Assembly (NCBI GenBank): GCA_039193195.1
Contig: JBCCWS010000004.1
Span: forward strand, 101,908 to 165,907
Direction of reading: 5' to 3'
Origin: Pseudomonadota bacterium
Lineage (GTDB): Bacteria; Pseudomonadota; Gammaproteobacteria; Steroidobacterales; JBCBZW01
Length of the DNA: 64,000 nt
Shown here: positions 18,100 to 30,914 of the stretch, one piece after another
Numbering within the stretch: the first letter of the stretch is position 1
Layout of the letters: each line of letters opens with the position of its first letter
Translations under genes and position numbers: made by a program
Notes under the pieces: model-generated
Told to the model about the DNA's origin: nothing
The model's input: the letters and a program-made list of their open reading frames with translations, nothing else
Databases searched by the model: none

Positions 18100-18942
18100 T
18101 CAGCCCATCTGCCGCTCGCGAATCTCGTCGAGCGTTTTGCAGTCGATGCAGAGGGTGGCCGTGGGACGCGCCTCCAAGCGGCGGATGCCAATCTCGATGC
18201 CACACGTTTCGCAGAAGCCGTACTCGTGGACTTCCACATCGCCCAGCGCCTCTTCGATCTTCTTGATCAGCTTGCGCTCGCGATCTCGCGTGCGCAGCTC
18301 GAGACTGAATTCGGACTCCTGGGTGGCGCGGTCGTTGGGATCGGGGAAGTTCGCCGCTTCGTCCTTCATGTGGTGGACGGTGCGATCGACCTCTTCCATT
18401 AGGTCTTTCTTCCAAGCGAGCAATATGTTGCGGAAGTGTTCGAGCTGCTGCTCGTTCATGTACTCCTCACCCGGCTCCACCGTGTAGGGGATGATGCCGC
18501 CGACAAGCCGCGCACCGGGTTTCGGTGGCGGTGGTGCGATCGCGAGCGAGTTGTCATTGGACTTCGATGGGGTCGCAGTCCTGGCGACAGGGCGGGGAAC
18601 GGCGCGCGCGGGGACCGCCTTCGCTGGCGCCGCCGGTGTAGGCTTCTTCGCGGACGCTGCCTTCGCCGTCGCTTTCTTCGTCGGCTTGCTAGCCGTTGCT
18701 TTGCTAGTGGACGCTTTGCGAGCCGGTGCCTTCTTCGAGACTGCGGCCTTGCGTGACGGTGCCTTCTTCGAGGCCGTTGCGGCCGAGGCTGCTACTTTCT
18801 TCTTCTTGGTCGCCGTGGCGGCCTTCTTTTTGGTCGTAGCTTTCTTCTTCGCGGTGGTTTTTTTCGTCGACTTCTCAGATGCCGCTGTCACGTGTGTGCT
18901 CCGATCACCGATACCGCCCGAGGCGCGCATTGCGCTCGCCAA
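18100..18942 (-). CDS. dksA: RNA polymerase-binding factor DksA with a ~130-aa Lys/Ala/Thr/Ser/Pro-rich N-terminal extension
   Basis: C-terminal 150 aa: EPGEEYMNEQQLEHFRNILLAWKKDL...DPNDRATQESEFSLELRTRDRERKLIKKIEEAL...CETCGIEIGIRRLEARPTATLCIDC (coiled coil with acidic tip plus C4 zinc finger). No in-frame ATG/GTG/TTG lies between the tail and the DksA core. Candidate starts: TTG 18942, ATG 18930, or GTG 18891 (GGAG 7 nt upstream). Confidence 0.88.
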   Translation of the reverse strand: MASAMRASGGIGDRSTHVTAASEKSTKKTTAKKKATTKKKAATATKKKKVAASAATASKKAPSRKAAVSKKAPARKASTSKATASKPTKKATAKAASAKKPTPAAPAKAVPARAVPRPVARTATPSKSNDNSLAIAPPPPKPGARLVGGIIPYTVEPGEEYMNEQQLEHFRNILLAWKKDLMEEVDRTVHHMKDEAANFPDPNDRATQESEFSLELRTRDRERKLIKKIEEALGDVEVHEYGFCETCGIEIGIRRLEARPTATLCIDCKTLDEIRERQMG

Positions 18943-19095
18943 GGGGTTTGGTGCGGCCTCGTGACCCCAAGCCTACGGGGGCATGGCCCTGGTACCTCGG
19001 CGAGCTACCAAACCGCCGAGTATAGCGCCAAAGCTAAATCCACGCCATGTCGAGGGCCTGATCCAGTCGACAGCTCAGTCCCGACGTGGCCAAGC

Positions 19096-19509
19096 CTAAG
19101 GCAGTTGCACCGGAGCAGGAGCCTCCCAACCGGCAGCTCGATGCTCGACGACGACACTGGTGTAGATGCCGCCGCGCACGTTGAACTCGCCAGTCACGCG
19201 CATGAAGCGTGGAGATACGGCGGCCACCAGATCTGCCAAGATCTTGTTGGTGATCGCTTCGTGAAATGCGCCTTCCTCTCGGTAGGACCACATGTATAGT
19301 TTCAATGACTTGAGTTCCACGCAGCGCTGATCGGGGACGTAGTCGAGGTAGATCGTCGCGAAGTCGGGCTGGCCTGTCTTCGGGCACAGACATGTGAACT
19401 CGGGAATTCGCATGTGGATGGTGAAGTCCGTCCCCGGGTTGGGGTTGTCGAAGGTGTCCAGCTGCCGGCTCGGCCCGGCCGTCGGCGCCGTGGGTGTGGA
19501 GTCGCTCAT
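19096..19509 (-). CDS. queF: NADPH-dependent 7-cyano-7-deazaguanine reductase QueF (unimodular type)
   Basis: [50 protein letters not shown] contains the catalytic Cys and the QueF motif. I chose ATG 19509 (137 aa) over the track start 19719. Confidence 0.92.
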   Translation of the reverse strand: MSDSTPTAPTAGPSRQLDTFDNPNPGTDFTIHMRIPEFTCLCPKTGQPDFATIYLDYVPDQRCVELKSLKLYMWSYREEGAFHEAITNKILADLVAAVSPRFMRVTGEFNVRGGIYTSVVVEHRAAGWEAPAPVQLP

Positions 19510-19756
19510 CAAGGTTGCCTCGGAGTTATGCGGGGCGCGATACTCGGCGGCTTGAACGCCACGCCGACGAAGTCTGTCGCGGGCGCACAATCTAAACCAC
19601 GCCGTTCCTGCACGCCACGGGGAAGCCCGCCAGGGCGCTGCAGCGTATGACGCAGCGCGGCATTGCGTCATCCCAGGGCGGAAGAGCCAAGGAAGCCACA
19701 GTAGACGTGCCGTACCCAATAAATCTCACAGGTCAGCGAGCACGACCGAGGCGTCA

Positions 19757-22700
19757 ATGCGCCTGAGTCAGATCAAGCTCGCAGGCTTTAAGTCCTTCGT
19801 CGATCCGACGGTGCTGAGCTTCCCCACCAACCTGACGGGTGTGGTAGGTCCCAACGGCTGCGGTAAGTCGAATGTGATCGACGCCGTGCGCTGGGTGATG
19901 GGCGAGAGTTCGGCCAAGTACCTCCGTGGCGATTCACTCGCGGACGTCATCTTCAACGGATCAAGCGCGCGCAAGCCCGTAGGCGTTGCCTCGATCGAGC
20001 TCGTGTTCGATAACGGTGATGGCGCCATCGGTGGGCAGTACGGCGCCTTCTCAGAGGTGTCCGTCAAGCGCACCCTCTCACGCGACGGCGTCTCCGTGTA
20101 TTCGATCAACGGTACTCGCTGCCGCCGTCGGGACATCACCGGGATCTTCCTGGGGACCGGCCTGGGCCCGCGTAGCTACTCGATCATCCAGCAAGGCATG
20201 GTGTCTCGCCTAATCGAGGCTCGTCCAGAGGATATGCGCGCCTACCTCGAGGAAGCCGCCGGCATCTCGCGCTACAAAGACAAGCGTCGGGAAACGGAGA
20301 ACCGCATCCGCCACACGCGCGAGAACCTGGAGCGCCTGACCGATCTGCGCGATGAGGTCGACAAGCAGCTGAAGCACTTGCAGCGCCAGGCACGCGTCGC
20401 GGAGCGCTTCAAGGAGTACCGCGAACGCGAACACAAGCTGCAGGCGGAGCTCGCGCTCTTGCGCCTGCGTGAGCTAGACGCGGCCCACGAGCAGCAGCAC
20501 CTTCAGGTAGAGCAACATCGGGTAGCAGTGGAGGCGGCACTAGCCGATCAGCGCAGTGTCGAAGCGCAGATCGAAGAGGCCCGTGAGCGACAAGCAGAAC
20601 GCCAAGAAGAGGCCAACGAGGCACAGGAGACCTTCTTCAAGCACGGTGCGGAGATGGCGCGCATCGAGCAAGAGATCAGTCATGCACGTGACCTTACTGA
20701 GCGACAAGGCGCTGAGCTTGAGCGCCTCGCCAGAGCTATCGAACAGGTGCGAGGCGATATCGCAGCGGATGAGGCTCAGCTCGATGCTGGCGCCGAAGAA
20801 CTTCAGTCGCTCACGCCAGCTCTGGACGCTGCCCGCCAGGAAGAGCAGGCCAGCGGTGAGCTGGTCCAACGCGCCCAGGGCGAACGGGCCGACTGGCAGT
20901 ATCGCTGGGACGAGTACTCTGAGAAGGCAAGTGCCGCCGCACGCGCCGTAAGTGTCGAGGCGACGCGACTGGAGGGGCTGGAGGTTCGCAGTGAAGCCAT
21001 GCGTCAACGCGCGGATCGCCTGGAGACGCTGCGCGCTTCGCTCTCGGTCGCGGAGCTCGAGGGCGATGCGCAGCAGGCGGCGAGTGCGGTGGCGGTGGCG
21101 CACAACACCCTGTCGCAGCGTCAGGACGATCTGCGTGAGGCTACCGCGAGGGTCGAGCGCTGGCGTGCCCAGCAGTCCAGCGTCGATACGCAGCTGCACG
21201 ATGTGCGCGGCGAGCTCGAGTCGGTCAACGGCCAGGTCGCTTCGCTGGAGGCGCTTCAGCAGGCCGCGTTAGGCACTGACGCGCAATCTGCGAGCTTGCA
21301 GTGGCTGAACCAAGGCGGCCTGCGCAACAACCCCCGCTTGGCTCAGCAACTTCAAGTGCAACCCGGGTGGGAGGGGGCGGTCGAGGCCGTCTTGGGCGAA
21401 GGCCTTCAAGCGGTGTGCGTAAAAGACCTTGCTGAGCTCGCTCGGCTCGGAGGCCTGCCGAGGGGCGAGCGCTTGGCGCTGTTTCAGCCGGGGAGCGCTC
21501 CGCCGGCATTCAACCCCGGTGCCCATGGGTTGCAGCCACTCGCTTCCCAGCTAGGAGGCGCTGTGGTACCTAGTTCGCTCCTCGCGGGGATCTACTGCGC
21601 TGAAGACCTAGCGTCGGCGCTGGCACAACAACCTCATTTGGCAGCCGGCGAGAGCATCATTACACGCACGGGTGAGTGGCTTGGGCAAGACTGGTTGCGT
21701 CTCGGAGACTCAGCTGATCCTCGCGCCGGGGTGATCGCTCGCGAGCAGCTGTTGCGCGAGCGGCGCGAGCAGCAGCAGTCATTGAGCGAGCAGCGTGCAG
21801 CGCTGGAGGAGCAAGCCGCTCACTTGCGCGATGAGTTGGAAACCGGCGAGCGCCAGCGCGTCGCACAGCAAGAGGCGGTCAATGCCGCCCATTCGCTAGT
21901 AGCGGAGGGCCGGGGGCGCGTCGACGCGCTTGCGTCGCGCCTCGATCAGATGCGCGAACAGCTGCAGAGCGTGGAAGGCGAGCTGGCCGAGCTCGGCGAG
22001 CAACGGCGTGAGATCGCCCGCGAGGTGGAGCAGTGCCGTGCGCGTGGCGACGCGGCTGCCCGAGATCAGGAAACCCTCAGCGATCAGGAATCGGATCTTC
22101 GCCATCAGCGCGAGCACATCGATCAGCGCCTGCAGCGGGCGACCGAGTGCGCCAACGCCGACCGCGCGAAGGCACAGGGTCTTGCGCTGCAAGTGGAAGC
22201 GCGCTCGTCGCAGCAACGTTCGCTCAAGGACGCGATGGCTCGCTTGCAGCAGCAACTCGCCCAGTATCAGGGACGTAGCACGGCGCTGAGGGAGCAGATG
22301 GAGCACGAAGCTGCGCCGGTGCGCGATCTCGAGCACTCGCTGGAAGCGCTGCTCGAGTCTCGTGGGGGACTCGAGCGTGCCCTTACGCAGGCGCGCGAGC
22401 GCGTGGAAGCCACCGAGACCGAACAGCGCCAGCTACAGACCAAGCGCAACGAGCATGAGGCGGAGGTTGACCAAGCGCGCACGGCCCTCGAGTCGCAACG
22501 TCTCCTGATGCAGGAGATCGTGACTCGCCGATCGACGTGCTCCGAGGCCTTCGAGCGCCTCGAGACCACAGCAGAGGCCATCGCCGGGCAGATGGACGCG
22601 GAGCTCACCATTGCGTCCGGGGAGGACGAGCTGGAGAAGATCGAGCGGCGTATCCAACGCCTAGGGCCGATCAACCTCGCCGCGATCGATGAGTTCCAGA

Positions 22701-23275
22701 CGCAGTGTGAGCGTAAAGAGTACCTCGACGCCCAGCACACGGACCTGGAGCAGGCGCTCGAGACGCTCGAGGGCGCTATGCGCAAGATCGACCGGGAGAC
22801 CCGTACGCGCTTCAAGGAGACATTCGACCGTGTGGATGCCGGGTTGAAGAGCATCTTCCCCAGGCTGTTTGGCGGAGGGCACGCGTATCTCGAACTGAGC
22901 GATGATGACTTGCTTGCCGCTGGCGTGACCGTAATGGCCAGACCTCCCGGAAAGCGCAACAGCACGATCCACCTGCTGTCTGGTGGCGAAAAGGCGATGA
23001 CGGCTGTGGCTCTAATCTTCGCCATTTTCGAGCTGAATCCAGCACCCTTCTGCATGCTGGACGAGGTAGACGCACCGCTCGATGAGGCCAACGTGGGGCG
23101 CTTTTGCGAAATCGTGCGGGAGATGTCGGAGCGCGTTCAGTTCATCTTCATCACCCACAACAAGACCACCATGGAACTCGCCAGCCATTTGTCCGGCGTG
23201 ACGATGCAAGAGCCGGGTGTGTCACGCTTGGTCGCCGTCGATGTGGACGAGGCTGTGAAACTGGCAGCGATGTAA
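19757..23275 (+). CDS. smc: chromosome segregation protein SMC
   Basis: 1172 aa. N-terminal Walker A (GPNGCGKSNVIDAVRWVMGE), long coiled coils, a hinge, and C-terminal LSGGEKAMTAVALIFAIF...MLDEVDAPLD. Confidence 0.96.
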   Translation: MRLSQIKLAGFKSFVDPTVLSFPTNLTGVVGPNGCGKSNVIDAVRWVMGESSAKYLRGDSLADVIFNGSSARKPVGVASIELVFDNGDGAIGGQYGAFSEVSVKRTLSRDGVSVYSINGTRCRRRDITGIFLGTGLGPRSYSIIQQGMVSRLIEARPEDMRAYLEEAAGISRYKDKRRETENRIRHTRENLERLTDLRDEVDKQLKHLQRQARVAERFKEYREREHKLQAELALLRLRELDAAHEQQHLQVEQHRVAVEAALADQRSVEAQIEEARERQAERQEEANEAQETFFKHGAEMARIEQEISHARDLTERQGAELERLARAIEQVRGDIAADEAQLDAGAEELQSLTPALDAARQEEQASGELVQRAQGERADWQYRWDEYSEKASAAARAVSVEATRLEGLEVRSEAMRQRADRLETLRASLSVAELEGDAQQAASAVAVAHNTLSQRQDDLREATARVERWRAQQSSVDTQLHDVRGELESVNGQVASLEALQQAALGTDAQSASLQWLNQGGLRNNPRLAQQLQVQPGWEGAVEAVLGEGLQAVCVKDLAELARLGGLPRGERLALFQPGSAPPAFNPGAHGLQPLASQLGGAVVPSSLLAGIYCAEDLASALAQQPHLAAGESIITRTGEWLGQDWLRLGDSADPRAGVIAREQLLRERREQQQSLSEQRAALEEQAAHLRDELETGERQRVAQQEAVNAAHSLVAEGRGRVDALASRLDQMREQLQSVEGELAELGEQRREIAREVEQCRARGDAAARDQETLSDQESDLRHQREHIDQRLQRATECANADRAKAQGLALQVEARSSQQRSLKDAMARLQQQLAQYQGRSTALREQMEHEAAPVRDLEHSLEALLESRGGLERALTQARERVEATETEQRQLQTKRNEHEAEVDQARTALESQRLLMQEIVTRRSTCSEAFERLETTAEAIAGQMDAELTIASGEDELEKIERRIQRLGPINLAAIDEFQTQCERKEYLDAQHTDLEQALETLEGAMRKIDRETRTRFKETFDRVDAGLKSIFPRLFGGGHAYLELSDDDLLAAGVTVMARPPGKRNSTIHLLSGGEKAMTAVALIFAIFELNPAPFCMLDEVDAPLDEANVGRFCEIVREMSERVQFIFITHNKTTMELASHLSGVTMQEPGVSRLVAVDVDEAVKLAAM

Positions 23276-23278
23276 GCC

Positions 23279-27096
<3,818 letters not shown>

Positions 27097-27128
27097 GAGC
27101 AACGATGTAAGTCGAAACCTACGAGTCT

Positions 27129-27151
27129 GGCGCGCTTGGATGCGGCGCGCC
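27129..27151. terminator. GC hairpin between convergent islet genes (possible bidirectional terminator)
   Basis: GGCGCGC (27129-27135), a 9-nt loop, GCGCGCC (27145-27151). No clear U-tract on either side. Confidence 0.3.
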
Positions 27152-27186
27152 CGCCGATTCGGTTAGAGGATCAAATACACGCTGCC

Positions 27187-28236
27187 CTAATATCCGATGA
27201 TCCGCTCGACCAGAGCAGGCCCGCTCGGGTCAGGCATAGTGCTAATAAAAGATACCAGATCGCCAGTGGGCAGATTTAGAGTTGGGTGATGTGCTAACAA
27301 CTGGGTCGTGTCCAGAAGCAGTTCGCCCACGCTGACCGAACCGCTATCGGATCGCGACAGGACTCCGGTCACTAGCGTCGGGCTAGCGCCTGGCACGTAC
27401 TGAGCGTTACACCTGGTCAGTTGATCAGCGAACACCACTCCGGAATCAACGATCACACCAGACAAAGCTATGTAGGCCCCCTCAGTCAATGTTATGGGGA
27501 CGCTTGTGTGAACGTGTTGTCCCAGCATACGGAAGTCTGATTTGCCGGTCACCTCTTCAATTTGGCCAAGCATTACAGGGTTGCTTACGGAGCATCCCAT
27601 ATCGCCCATTACGGCTTCAATAGCTTCCCCTAGCTCGAACCCCGTACCAACGATGGCACTCGGTTGCGGAGTGTCTTTGACGCTATCTAAGTGTTTTGGC
27701 GTCCCTGTTCCAACAATAGCTTGAATGAAGTGGTCGTCGGGCCGACCCGAGAACCCTGTCCCAACGATCGCCAACGGCGAATGGGCTGGATCAGTCACAT
27801 CCTCCGTGCGCGGGGCCGGGGCGCCGGTCCCCACAATGGCGCGAAGCTTTGGGATCGGTGCAACGCCTACCTTGGAGGTACCTGTCCCCACGATCACTGC
27901 GAGATCTGGAGTTGGAGGGTCCCACTTCAGGGGCGATCCTGTACCAACGATCGCTCGCAGCTTCGGGTCGGCATCGAAGCCTGCGCGTGGTGTGCCAGTT
28001 CCAACGATCGCGAAAGCTCGGGTGGCCGAGCCGTAAGCTAGTGGCTTACCAGTTCCCACAATGGCGAGCGGGCTAGCGCTGAACGAGGGGGCTCCGGTGC
28101 CCACGATAGCGTTGGGAGACGAACTAGAGATATCTTCGGTAGTAGTCGCTGAAAGAGCGTCAGTACAGAGAAAAACAGCCGTTACTGCTGCTAGGGCAGG
28201 TGCCGCCGCAGTACGCAGCTTGCATGAAACGCTCAT
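27187..28236 (-). CDS. secreted protein with nine (A/V)IVGTG repeats and a non-repetitive C-terminal domain; family unknown
   Basis: 349 aa. Sec-type signal MSVSCKLRTAAAPALAAVTAVFLCTDALSA|TTT. The ATG at 28236-28234 directly abuts the TAA of the upstream gene. The repeats are described separately. Confidence 0.8.
   Translation of the reverse strand: MSVSCKLRTAAAPALAAVTAVFLCTDALSATTTEDISSSSPNAIVGTGAPSFSASPLAIVGTGKPLAYGSATRAFAIVGTGTPRAGFDADPKLRAIVGTGSPLKWDPPTPDLAVIVGTGTSKVGVAPIPKLRAIVGTGAPAPRTEDVTDPAHSPLAIVGTGFSGRPDDHFIQAIVGTGTPKHLDSVKDTPQPSAIVGTGFELGEAIEAVMGDMGCSVSNPVMLGQIEEVTGKSDFRMLGQHVHTSVPITLTEGAYIALSGVIVDSGVVFADQLTRCNAQYVPGASPTLVTGVLSRSDSGSVSVGELLLDTTQLLAHHPTLNLPTGDLVSFISTMPDPSGPALVERIIGY
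27640..28110 (-). repeat. coding tandem-repeat region: 9 x (A/V)IVGTG hexapeptide with 9-17 aa variable linkers
   Basis: Motif starts at residues 43, 58, 76, 95, 114, 133, 156, 173 and 194. Copies use different synonymous codons (gccatcgttggtacgggg / gctattgttggaacaggg / gcgatcgttgggacaggg / gccattgtggggaccggc). Confidence 0.9.
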
Positions 28237-29133
28237 TTAGTCAGACTCCTCTTTTGTACCGTCGTCCTGAAACAGATACACACCGACGCCAAGCCGAATG
28301 TTCTGCGGCTTGGCTTCGCCCTCATCTTCCCTGGGATTCAGTTCCTCTCTGTCCGCCCAGTCCTCGAGTTTCTCCAAGAACCGTTGACCCTCTATCTCAA
28401 GGAAGTCACGAAAGTCATTAGTTAGGACGATCGGGAACTCCTCGCGAAGCATCGCGCGCTCAAATCGCGATTCGTCTGTGCGGCGAGGGTCAAGGTTGTG
28501 AGAGATGGTAGAAGCCAGATCATGTATCGCACCCCCGAAGTAACGCGCGCTGTCCGGGGCCAACGTAGTCATCTTGAATGACCGGCTGACTGCCCGATAA
28601 AGTCCATCGGGCAGCTCAACAACAGCGTTCACTCCCTTCAGCTCCTCGAGCATTGCTCGAGCAGGCATGTCTCCGCTGTAGCGGCGGACTAGCTCCGCGA
28701 AGCATGGCCCCTCCCCCTCAAGCGGGAGGTCGAGCGGTATGCCATAGGGCCCCACATAGTCGGTATCGCCGAACCAACCCTGCAGCACCCGGGTAGCTCG
28801 GTTCAGGCTTGTGGTGGGAATGACGTCGACGGCCTTGCCCTTAGCTGCGTCAAGGTGCCGCTTAACCTCCTTGCGCGTAAGGCCGGTGAGTATCGCGACG
28901 CGCGAACCGCTCCGCTTTCGCCCCTCTTGCGAGAAGTCGTTGTATGCCACTTCGACGTAGACGCTCTTAGCGACCTCCGCGAACTCGCCGTAGGCGACTC
29001 CGTTGGAGATCAACATGCGTACAAGCGGTCGCATGAGATGCCGGAAAGCAGCAAGAAGTCGCGTACGAAGACGTTTGGACTCGTCATCGGAGATGGCTGA
29101 CTCCGGACCGGTAGAGGTAGTTTTTTCATTCAT
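28237..29133 (-). CDS. uncharacterised HTH-like protein, islet paralogue 2 (first gene of a two-gene operon with the repeat protein)
   Basis: 298 aa. GRKRSGSRVAILTGLTRKEVKRHLD is an HTH-like segment. Paralogous to 26272..27096. Its stop TAA (28239-28237) is immediately followed by the next ATG, and GAGGAG in its last codons can serve as the downstream SD. Confidence 0.75.
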   Translation of the reverse strand: MNEKTTSTGPESAISDDESKRLRTRLLAAFRHLMRPLVRMLISNGVAYGEFAEVAKSVYVEVAYNDFSQEGRKRSGSRVAILTGLTRKEVKRHLDAAKGKAVDVIPTTSLNRATRVLQGWFGDTDYVGPYGIPLDLPLEGEGPCFAELVRRYSGDMPARAMLEELKGVNAVVELPDGLYRAVSRSFKMTTLAPDSARYFGGAIHDLASTISHNLDPRRTDESRFERAMLREEFPIVLTNDFRDFLEIEGQRFLEKLEDWADREELNPREDEGEAKPQNIRLGVGVYLFQDDGTKEESD

Positions 29134-29433
29134 GGTGGGAAATATATCCCATGGTTGGATGTGTAAAGGCCCGAGCCGCTATTGGTTCGGGGTCTACAGG
29201 ACAGACCATGGAGGTGGTTGCCCTTAGGCCTTTAGTATCCGGAGCTGGGGCGACAAGCGCCTTGGGGACAGGAATTCCCCACGAGTGCAGGGGGTTAGCA
29301 GAGTTATTGGATCGCTTTATGCCGTGCGACGACGTCGGTTTTGCGGGGAGGGAAACGCCAGCAGGCTCGCATTGACTTGTTCATGATCAGCTATTGCAAT
29401 GCGCCAGAGTTTTACATAATAACTTGATCAGAC

Positions 29434-29460
29434 CAAAAAGAGGCCGGCTTCCGTGCCGAC
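29434..29460 (-). terminator. rho-independent terminator ~155 nt downstream of bolA
   Basis: Minus strand: GTCGGC-acggaa-GCCGGC (6 bp including one G:U) followed by CTCTTTTTGG. Confidence 0.6.
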
Positions 29461-29615
29461 CGTAATGCCTCATCGTTTGGGGGATTCTGAGGTAAAAAGA
29501 ACTGCCTTAGGGGGTAGACATCGGCAGCTCACGACTGAGATTACTCCTCAGCCTTCGGAAGTCTGTGACCCGTTTCACGTTATTTCGACAAGAAATACAC
29601 CCGGGGCCCGGGCAG

Positions 29616-29903
29616 CTATTCGACCTCGCTTGGCGTCTTAGCGTCGATCTGCAGGGCGTGGATATCCGTTTTCATCAGCTCATCGACGAGCGAGAACACA
29701 AGCTGGTGGCGCTTGATTCGGTTCAGGCCCTCGAATTGCTCGGAGACAATTCGCACGCGGAAGTGGCCGCGACCGTCCGCGGCACCCGGATGGTTTCGGT
29801 GTCGATGGGAGTCGTCGATGACATCCAAGGCGACCGGCGCCAAAGCGCCAAGTGCCTCCCGCAAGCGGGCAGGGCGAGTATCTTGGGAGGTGTCGCCAGT
29901 CAC
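29616..29903 (-). CDS. bolA: BolA family protein
   Basis: 95 aa. [14 protein letters not shown]...[28 protein letters not shown]...IHALQI is the BolA fold signature. Start overlaps the yciI stop. Confidence 0.88.
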   Translation of the reverse strand: MTGDTSQDTRPARLREALGALAPVALDVIDDSHRHRNHPGAADGRGHFRVRIVSEQFEGLNRIKRHQLVFSLVDELMKTDIHALQIDAKTPSEVE

Positions 29904-30202
29904 GGCAGGACCTTGCGGAAGGGTTTGACCACCACGTCGCGATACACCCCAGCCGCGAGGTAGGGATCCTCGTTCGCCCAGGCGCGGGCATCGCCCAAGG
30001 ATTCGAATGAGGCAACGATCAGGCTGCCGGTAAACCCGGAGTCTCCAGGATCTTCCGCATCGATCGCTGGATGTGGACCTGCCACCAATAGGCGCCCCTC
30101 ATTCAGAAGTGCCTGCAGGCGGGCCAGATGCTCCGGACGACTGGCTTTGCGAGCCTCCAGACTACCCTCGCGATCAGACCCCATGATGGCGTAATACATC
30201 AA
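29900..30202 (-). CDS. yciI: YciI family protein
   Basis: 100 aa. [10 protein letters not shown]...[22 protein letters not shown]...[29 protein letters not shown] is typical YciI-like. Position is between yciB and bolA. Confidence 0.88.
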   Translation of the reverse strand: MMYYAIMGSDREGSLEARKASRPEHLARLQALLNEGRLLVAGPHPAIDAEDPGDSGFTGSLIVASFESLGDARAWANEDPYLAAGVYRDVVVKPFRKVLP

Positions 30203-30753
30203 CTCTCCTCCTCAGCTTCCTGGGGCAAGTGGCGCTGCAACCAGAGGCCCTGAAGCAACATGAACACCAGGGTGAGTCCAAGCGTGCCAAACAACTTGAA
30301 ATTCACCCAGGTCGACTCAGAAAAGCTGTAGACCACCAGTAGATTCAGGGCGCCAAGCAGGACGAAAAAGACCACCCAAGCCATGTTGAGCTTGCGCCAG
30401 ACCGCGTCCGGCAGCTCGATTGCATCACCCGCAGCTCTCTCAATCAGGGACTTGCCCGTGAACAGCTGGCTGCCCAAGAACACGGCCGCGAACAGCCAAT
30501 CGATCACCGTGGGCTTCCATTTGATGAAGAGGTCGTTCTTGAGCACCAGAGTGGCCGTTCCGAGCACCAATACGAGCGCCGTGCTGATCAAGTGCATGCG
30601 ACTCAAGGAGCGGGTCATCGCGTAGCCCACTAGCAGTTGCACGGGCATCGCAATCATCAGCGCAAGCGTAGCCCGGTAGATATCGCCCCCGGGCAGTACA
30701 TAGCCCAGAAAGAAGACCACGATGGGCAGGAAATCGATGAGCGTCTTCAGCAT
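30199..30753 (-). CDS. yciB: intracellular septation protein A (YciB/IspZ)
   Basis: [20 protein letters not shown] start and five hydrophobic segments. I chose ATG 30753 (184 aa) over the track start 30912. Confidence 0.88.
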   Translation of the reverse strand: MLKTLIDFLPIVVFFLGYVLPGGDIYRATLALMIAMPVQLLVGYAMTRSLSRMHLISTALVLVLGTATLVLKNDLFIKWKPTVIDWLFAAVFLGSQLFTGKSLIERAAGDAIELPDAVWRKLNMAWVVFFVLLGALNLLVVYSFSESTWVNFKLFGTLGLTLVFMLLQGLWLQRHLPQEAEEES

Positions 30754-30914
30754 TCTATATTCTTGAAACTGTCGATAAGTGAGTGGGTTAGGGCGCCTTG
30801 GGGGAGACCTATAGGCGTGCCGCTGTGGCGTTGGGTTGCGTTTCCGGCCCTGGATGGTATCAAAGAGCATGGCGGCTGCCTGGTAGTCGGGCGCGAAAGG
30901 CAAGGAACGCACTC

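Noticed and set aside
18491-18964. 157-aa plus-strand ORF (Phe/Ala-rich) opposite the dksA tail
   Set aside because: It is the complement of the Lys/Ala codons (AAG/GCN read as CTT/NGC). It has no start context and no motifs. The minus frame is continuous with the DksA core.
19510-19756. Possible preQ1 riboswitch in the queF leader
   Set aside because: I could not find the compact preQ1 aptamer hairpin with an A-rich tail. Only a generic palindrome is present, and that is reported separately at low interest.
27542-28036. Plus-strand frames through the repeat region reading ...PVPTIA... repeatedly (track ORFs 27542..27724 and 27725..28036)
   Set aside because: They are the reverse-complement image of the AIVGTG codons. 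The minus-strand ORF is much longer (349 aa), has a signal peptide, and has a start codon abutting the upstream gene's stop.
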